IMG/VR virus record: IMGVR_UViG_3300046387_001330
Strand: one strand, 5' to 3'
DNA length: 20,000 nucleotides
Source: an uncultured virus (IMG/VR IMGVR_UViG_3300046387_001330)
Lineage: Duplodnaviria > Heunggongvirae > Uroviricota > Caudoviricetes
The notes under the pieces are model-generated. The model had not been told where the DNA came from, made no database searches, and saw nothing but the letters and a program-made list of their open reading frames with translations. This document shows, piece after piece, positions 16,585 to 20,000 of this stretch (position 1 is its first letter; the number at the start of each line of letters is the position of its first letter). The position numbers were made by a program, and so were the translations under genes.

Positions 16585-17193
16585 ATGAAAACTACACTAC
16601 TATTAATCGCAATCGCAACTTCACTCGTTGGTGGAAATCTTTCTGCTACAACTCAAGGGTGGGGACAAAAACAAACCCAACGTACCATAGGTGGTGCTTT
16701 AGGTGGAGCAACTATCGGTGGAATCATCGGACACCAACACGGTAAGCAAAAAGAAGGAATCATTATTGGTTCTATTCTTGGCATGGTAATCGGAAACAAA
16801 AGTGGTAAGGGTCACGACTCTCGGATGGAACAGCAACGATGGGAACAACAAAAAAGAGAAATGGCACACCGTGAAGAACTCCGCAGACGAGAGCAACAAA
16901 GAATGGAAGAACAACGTCGCAGAGAATTTCAACGAATGAATACCAACCGAAGTATTTACAATGGTTCTTCATCATCAACAGATGAACTTACACAAGCAAG
17001 ACATCGTGCCGAGCAACGTGAAGCAGAGTTGTTGCGAGAACTGGAAATTCGTAGAATTCAAGAGGAACGTAGAAGAGCATTGCTTGAATTTCAAGAACGT
17101 GAAAGAAAAGCACAAGAACAACTTCAAAGAATTAAGAGTGGTCAAAGTATCAATTCTAATAACAGAAGTATGTCTCACAATCCAGTTTACTAA
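16585..17193 (+). CDS. Exported glycine-zipper protein with E/R/Q-rich helical tail
   Basis: Signal-peptide-like MKTTLLLIAIATSLVGGNLSA; GGALGGATIGGIIGHQHG...GIIIGSILGMVIG; long charged helix. Confidence 0.82.
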   Translation: MKTTLLLIAIATSLVGGNLSATTQGWGQKQTQRTIGGALGGATIGGIIGHQHGKQKEGIIIGSILGMVIGNKSGKGHDSRMEQQRWEQQKREMAHREELRRREQQRMEEQRRREFQRMNTNRSIYNGSSSSTDELTQARHRAEQREAELLRELEIRRIQEERRRALLEFQERERKAQEQLQRIKSGQSINSNNRSMSHNPVY

Positions 17194-17195
17194 AA

Positions 17196-17480
17196 ATGAT
17201 TAAGAACATAAAAGATTTACCACTATCATATCAAAACCTACTTGCCGAGTTTCAGGTTGAAAAAGATGTTGAAGAAGGCATAGCAACTGATTATGTAGTG
17301 CAACCAAACAAAGAAGATGTTCAAGATGAATACGAAAGATTAGAGTCTGTAATAGAAGAAGAAGGTGAATCAGAGTATGATGAATATGATGAAAATACAT
17401 ATGATATGACTGCAATTTCACCTTATATGAGAGATGCATTTGATGATTTTTCTGAAGAAGAAGACTTTGATGAAGACTAA
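17196..17480 (+). CDS. Small highly acidic hypothetical protein (94 aa)
   Basis: 33 D/E against 6 K/R; followed by a terminator. Confidence 0.8.
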   Translation: MIKNIKDLPLSYQNLLAEFQVEKDVEEGIATDYVVQPNKEDVQDEYERLESVIEEEGESEYDEYDENTYDMTAISPYMRDAFDDFSEEEDFDED

Positions 17481-17506
17481 TAATATTTGATAGTAGTTAG
17501 TTGATT

Positions 17507-17541
17507 AAAGAACCACTCAATTTTTGAGTGGTTCTTTTTTT
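17507..17541 (+). terminator. Rho-independent terminator
   Basis: AAAGAACCACTCAA-TTT-TTGAGTGGTTCTTT followed by a T run. Confidence 0.92.
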
Positions 17542-17542
17542 G

Positions 17543-17571
17543 TTGCAAATATAAAAGTCATAATATATATT
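17543..17571 (+). promoter_or_regulatory. Putative sigma70-like promoter
   Basis: TTGCAA-N17-TATATT immediately after the terminator; alternative TATAAT at 17571-17576. Confidence 0.5.
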
Positions 17572-17645
17572 ATAATAAGTTGAGTAAATCAACTCACATT
17601 TTAAATGTGCGACAATAACCATTAAAAAATTTATGAGAACCAACC

Positions 17646-17819
17646 GTGCAAAAAATAATATTCATCAAAAAACAAACCAACCCAAAATTATACAAGGTTC
17701 TTTTAAGAAAGGGTGGAACGGTTAAAATAAACAATGTAACCATGACCATTCTAAAACCAAAAAGAACTTTTCTTGATTCACTTATTTACCGAGTTAAGTC
17801 TTTGTTTTTAAGAGCATGA
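17646..17819 (+). CDS. Small basic hypothetical protein (57 aa, GTG start)
   Basis: MQKIIFIKKQTNPKLYKVLLRKGGTVKINNVTMTILKPKRTFLDSLIYRVKSLFLRA; stop overlaps the next ATG; start uncertain. Confidence 0.5.
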   Translation: MQKIIFIKKQTNPKLYKVLLRKGGTVKINNVTMTILKPKRTFLDSLIYRVKSLFLRA

Positions 17820-17890
17820 ACGAAAAAAGTTGTAATTGGGGTCTTTTACTATTGATAATTATCGTTATGATGATTATAATGTGGAAATGA
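17816..17890 (+). CDS. 24-aa single-pass membrane peptide
   Basis: MNEKSCNWGLLLLIIIVMMIIMWK; ATGA overlaps at both ends. Confidence 0.6.
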   Translation: MNEKSCNWGLLLLIIIVMMIIMWK

Positions 17891-18087
17891 GTAATTATTT
17901 AAATTTCGCAAACTTGCCACATCGTCTTATCGTAAAAAGTCGCAAGACTTCAAAAATAGTATTTGAACAAGAGTTTGAAACTGAATCAAAAGCAATCAAT
18001 TATATTTCAGAGGTAAGAAAGGTTGGTATAAATAAAGAGAACTTTATTGTGCAGATAGTTGGTCCTAATATGCTTTACGTTGAATGA
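17887..18087 (+). CDS. Hypothetical protein (66 aa)
   Basis: MSNYLNFANLPHRLIVKSRK...; ATG 17887 preferred over TTG 17836 because of ATGA coupling; its stop overlaps the rhomboid start. Confidence 0.7.
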   Translation: MSNYLNFANLPHRLIVKSRKTSKIVFEQEFETESKAINYISEVRKVGINKENFIVQIVGPNMLYVE

Positions 18088-18767
18088 TAAATTTTGGTGG
18101 AGTTAGAATCATACTCTGGATATGCACTCTTGTGTATCTTTTGCAAAGTATTTATTATCCTGTAGTTGATTCTTTATTTGGATTATCATACATAGGAAAC
18201 GAAAACTTTGGAATCATGCAGTTGGTTACTCATGGTTTCTTGCACGTGGATTTGTACCATATTTTGATTAACATGATAATGCTAGTCCTATTTGCATCAA
18301 AAGTTGAAATGTTTTTTGGTACAAAAAACTTATTTAAAATTTTCATTGGAAGTGTAATTTTCGGTGGAATATTTCAGACAATTTACAATATGATAGTGTT
18401 AAATTCATTGATGGGAACAATGTTTCCTGTGGAGGTTATTTTCACACCATTTGATAGAATGGATTTTATGCTTGATTATGGAACTGAGGCATTTAACATA
18501 TTTGCAGGAAAAACTTTGGGGGCATCTGGTGGTGTGTTTGGGTGTATGATTGCATTTACTTGCTTATTTCCAACAGAACGCATTGGTTTATTTTTTATTC
18601 CTTTTACTGTTTCTGCTCGTCTTGTGATTGTTTTGTATGTAATACTTGAAATACAACAAGCATTTTACGGAAATGTTGAAAACATTGCACATTTTGCTCA
18701 TTTAGGTGGTGGAATATTTGGACTTTTATATGCATTGAAACTAAAAAGTGATTTAGGTAAAAAATAA
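18084..18767 (+). CDS. Rhomboid-family intramembrane serine protease
   Basis: QLVTHGFLH...HILINM, catalytic GASGG and AHFAHLGG, several TM segments. Confidence 0.93.
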   Translation: MINFGGVRIILWICTLVYLLQSIYYPVVDSLFGLSYIGNENFGIMQLVTHGFLHVDLYHILINMIMLVLFASKVEMFFGTKNLFKIFIGSVIFGGIFQTIYNMIVLNSLMGTMFPVEVIFTPFDRMDFMLDYGTEAFNIFAGKTLGASGGVFGCMIAFTCLFPTERIGLFFIPFTVSARLVIVLYVILEIQQAFYGNVENIAHFAHLGGGIFGLLYALKLKSDLGKK

Positions 18768-18770
18768 TGC

Positions 18771-18799
18771 TTGACTTTTTATAATAATTTTGGTAGTAT
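18771..18799 (+). promoter_or_regulatory. Sigma70-like (early) promoter with extended -10
   Basis: TTGACT-N17-TAGTAT with TG-n before the -10. Confidence 0.85.
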
Positions 18800-18854
18800 A
18801 CTTGTATTGAGAGTGAGAAAGAACCAAATTAAAAATTCAAACGAAAGAGAGAAA

Positions 18855-19301
18855 ATGAATATTGAACTAAGTAATCCTGTGATTTCAAGACTAGCAAATG
18901 ATTATGTTATGTCGTTTCTTCATTACACCGGTGAAAACACAGCACAACACATTAGCAATCAACAAGAAATAGACATTAGATTTTATCACGCAGACGGATT
19001 TGGAAATTTGTCGGAAAAGACAAACGACACAGATTCAGAATTGTTGAAAGATATGTTGTTTGATTGGAGTCACGTTCGTGATTCATCCGATGAAGCATTT
19101 CTTGCAATGGCAAACGCAATAAGTGCTTGTGTTTCATGTGAAGCAAAATCTGCCGATTCAATGCTTGATTTTAAGATTTATGTTGCAAACTATTTTCAAG
19201 ACCTTCGTAGGGAATTAGATTATTATGTAACTATGGAACCAGATGCAACTTCTGAAATTGAAAGAATTGAAGACGAATTGTATCACGAAACACAAATATA
19301 A
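18855..19301 (+). CDS. Hypothetical acidic protein (148 aa)
   Basis: ATG 18855 (MNIELSNPV...) chosen because the TTG at 18771 is the promoter -35 box. Confidence 0.8.
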   Translation: MNIELSNPVISRLANDYVMSFLHYTGENTAQHISNQQEIDIRFYHADGFGNLSEKTNDTDSELLKDMLFDWSHVRDSSDEAFLAMANAISACVSCEAKSADSMLDFKIYVANYFQDLRRELDYYVTMEPDATSEIERIEDELYHETQI

Positions 19302-19317
19302 AAAGGAGATAAATAAA

Positions 19318-19692
19318 ATGGGATTTTTCAGTTGGAATTGTAAGTGTTGTGGAAAGAGCATCGTGTCACCTTATTCACCCAAGGAAATTGATTGGATGAA
19401 CAAGATTACGATGGTTATGGACACAGGAGAAGTGATTCAAGGAGAATATGATGGATATGGAAATATCTATAATCGTACCGATGAACACGCATATGGTAGT
19501 AATTGGGACATAGATGAAAATGCCGAAAGCATTTGTTTAGACAACGAACACCAAGCAACTTTTTATCATACTGCTTGTTACGAAGAAAATAATCAACCTG
19601 GATTTCAAGGTCGTAATGATTCTGCACGTGACCAAGGATTTTTCTTGGACGAAAAGGATTATGTTGATTGCGTTCCTACTAATGCGTCATGA
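19318..19692 (+). CDS. Hypothetical phage protein, putative Zn-binding (CxxC...HxxC)
   Basis: AAGGAG RBS at 19303-19308; MGFFSWNCKCCGKSI, GEYDGYG, YHTACY, DQGFF. Confidence 0.82.
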   Translation: MGFFSWNCKCCGKSIVSPYSPKEIDWMNKITMVMDTGEVIQGEYDGYGNIYNRTDEHAYGSNWDIDENAESICLDNEHQATFYHTACYEENNQPGFQGRNDSARDQGFFLDEKDYVDCVPTNAS

Positions 19693-20000
19693 GTCCACAA
19701 GTAAAAGCAACTCTACAAGCATTTTCCGAGTATTTTCACGAATTTGAAGATGCCGAAGATTTTAATTATGGTCCTATTCAAATGTGCTATGAAATAGACG
19801 AAGAACGAGACGATGGCAGTATCATAGGTAGAACGATGGTGTACTCTGGTCAAAATAAAGATGGTCACCGTATGGTTCGTGACGAAGGAGTATTTGAAGT
19901 AAATGCTAACGGAGAAATTATGAAGTGTGATGGACTCGCAACATTTACTCTTAATTATATTTCAGACAAAGGACTTGAAATTTACGAAGAAGAAAGTTGA
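19689..20000 (+). CDS. Hypothetical acidic protein (103 aa)
   Basis: ATGA overlap with the upstream gene; TGA stop at 19998-20000. Confidence 0.75.
   Translation: MSPQVKATLQAFSEYFHEFEDAEDFNYGPIQMCYEIDEERDDGSIIGRTMVYSGQNKDGHRMVRDEGVFEVNANGEIMKCDGLATFTLNYISDKGLEIYEEES

Noticed and set aside
17633..17725. 30-aa ORF MRTNRAKNNIHQKTNQPKIIQGSFKKGWNG
   Set aside because: Overlaps the longer 57-aa frame that is coupled to the next gene; cannot be excluded but is unsupported.
18771..18854. TTG start for the 176-aa ORF (likewise starts at 9586, 17836 and 19243)
   Set aside because: The TTG at 18771 is the -35 box; the others have better downstream ATGs with an RBS or stop/start coupling.
437..19627. 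Minus-strand and alternate-frame ORFs in the track (e.g. 2894-3586, 4554-4904, 11136-11576, 1353-1643)
   Set aside because: They lie within well-supported + strand genes, have no motifs, and are shadows of codon bias or repeats.
1..20000. Stop-codon reassignment (no called gene ends in TAG)
   Set aside because: Genes are intact under the standard code with no in-frame TAG breaks; TAG rarity is expected in AT-rich genomes.
1..20000. CRISPR array, diversity-generating retroelement, intron/intein or IS element
   Set aside because: No spaced direct repeats, reverse transcriptase, TR/VR pair, transposase or interrupted conserved gene seen; all repeats are coding.

Overview
AT-rich, densely coding window with every credible gene on the + strand; the content points to a large tailed bacteriophage (inference from an S74-chaperone tail fibre, sigma70-like promoters, a CCA-encoding tRNA and many small ORFs). 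The left part (1-15060) looks like a late/structural region. It holds a 5'-truncated collagen/LamG/S74 fibre, a membrane-anchored subtilase with a Pro/Thr stalk, a 39-aa-periodic coiled coil, a complete sulfate-activation set (cysC, cysD, cysN) coupled to galE, and a 1819-aa BspA/DUF285-like protein with related Pro/Thr linkers. After a strong hairpin at about 15100 comes an early-type region with three related TTGACTTTTTA-type promoters, a tRNA-Ile2(CAT) nested in-frame in an ORF coupled to a MYG1-like nuclease, a glycine-zipper protein, a very acidic small protein, a micro-ORF chain ending in a rhomboid protease, and hypotheticals. The best candidate for an undescribed system is the PAPS + UDP-Gal/GalNAc supply cassette between Thr-rich proteins, which may support sulfated glycosylation of phage proteins. 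No sulfotransferase or glycosyltransferase is visible in this window, so this remains a hypothesis. All family calls come from motif recognition, not database searches.
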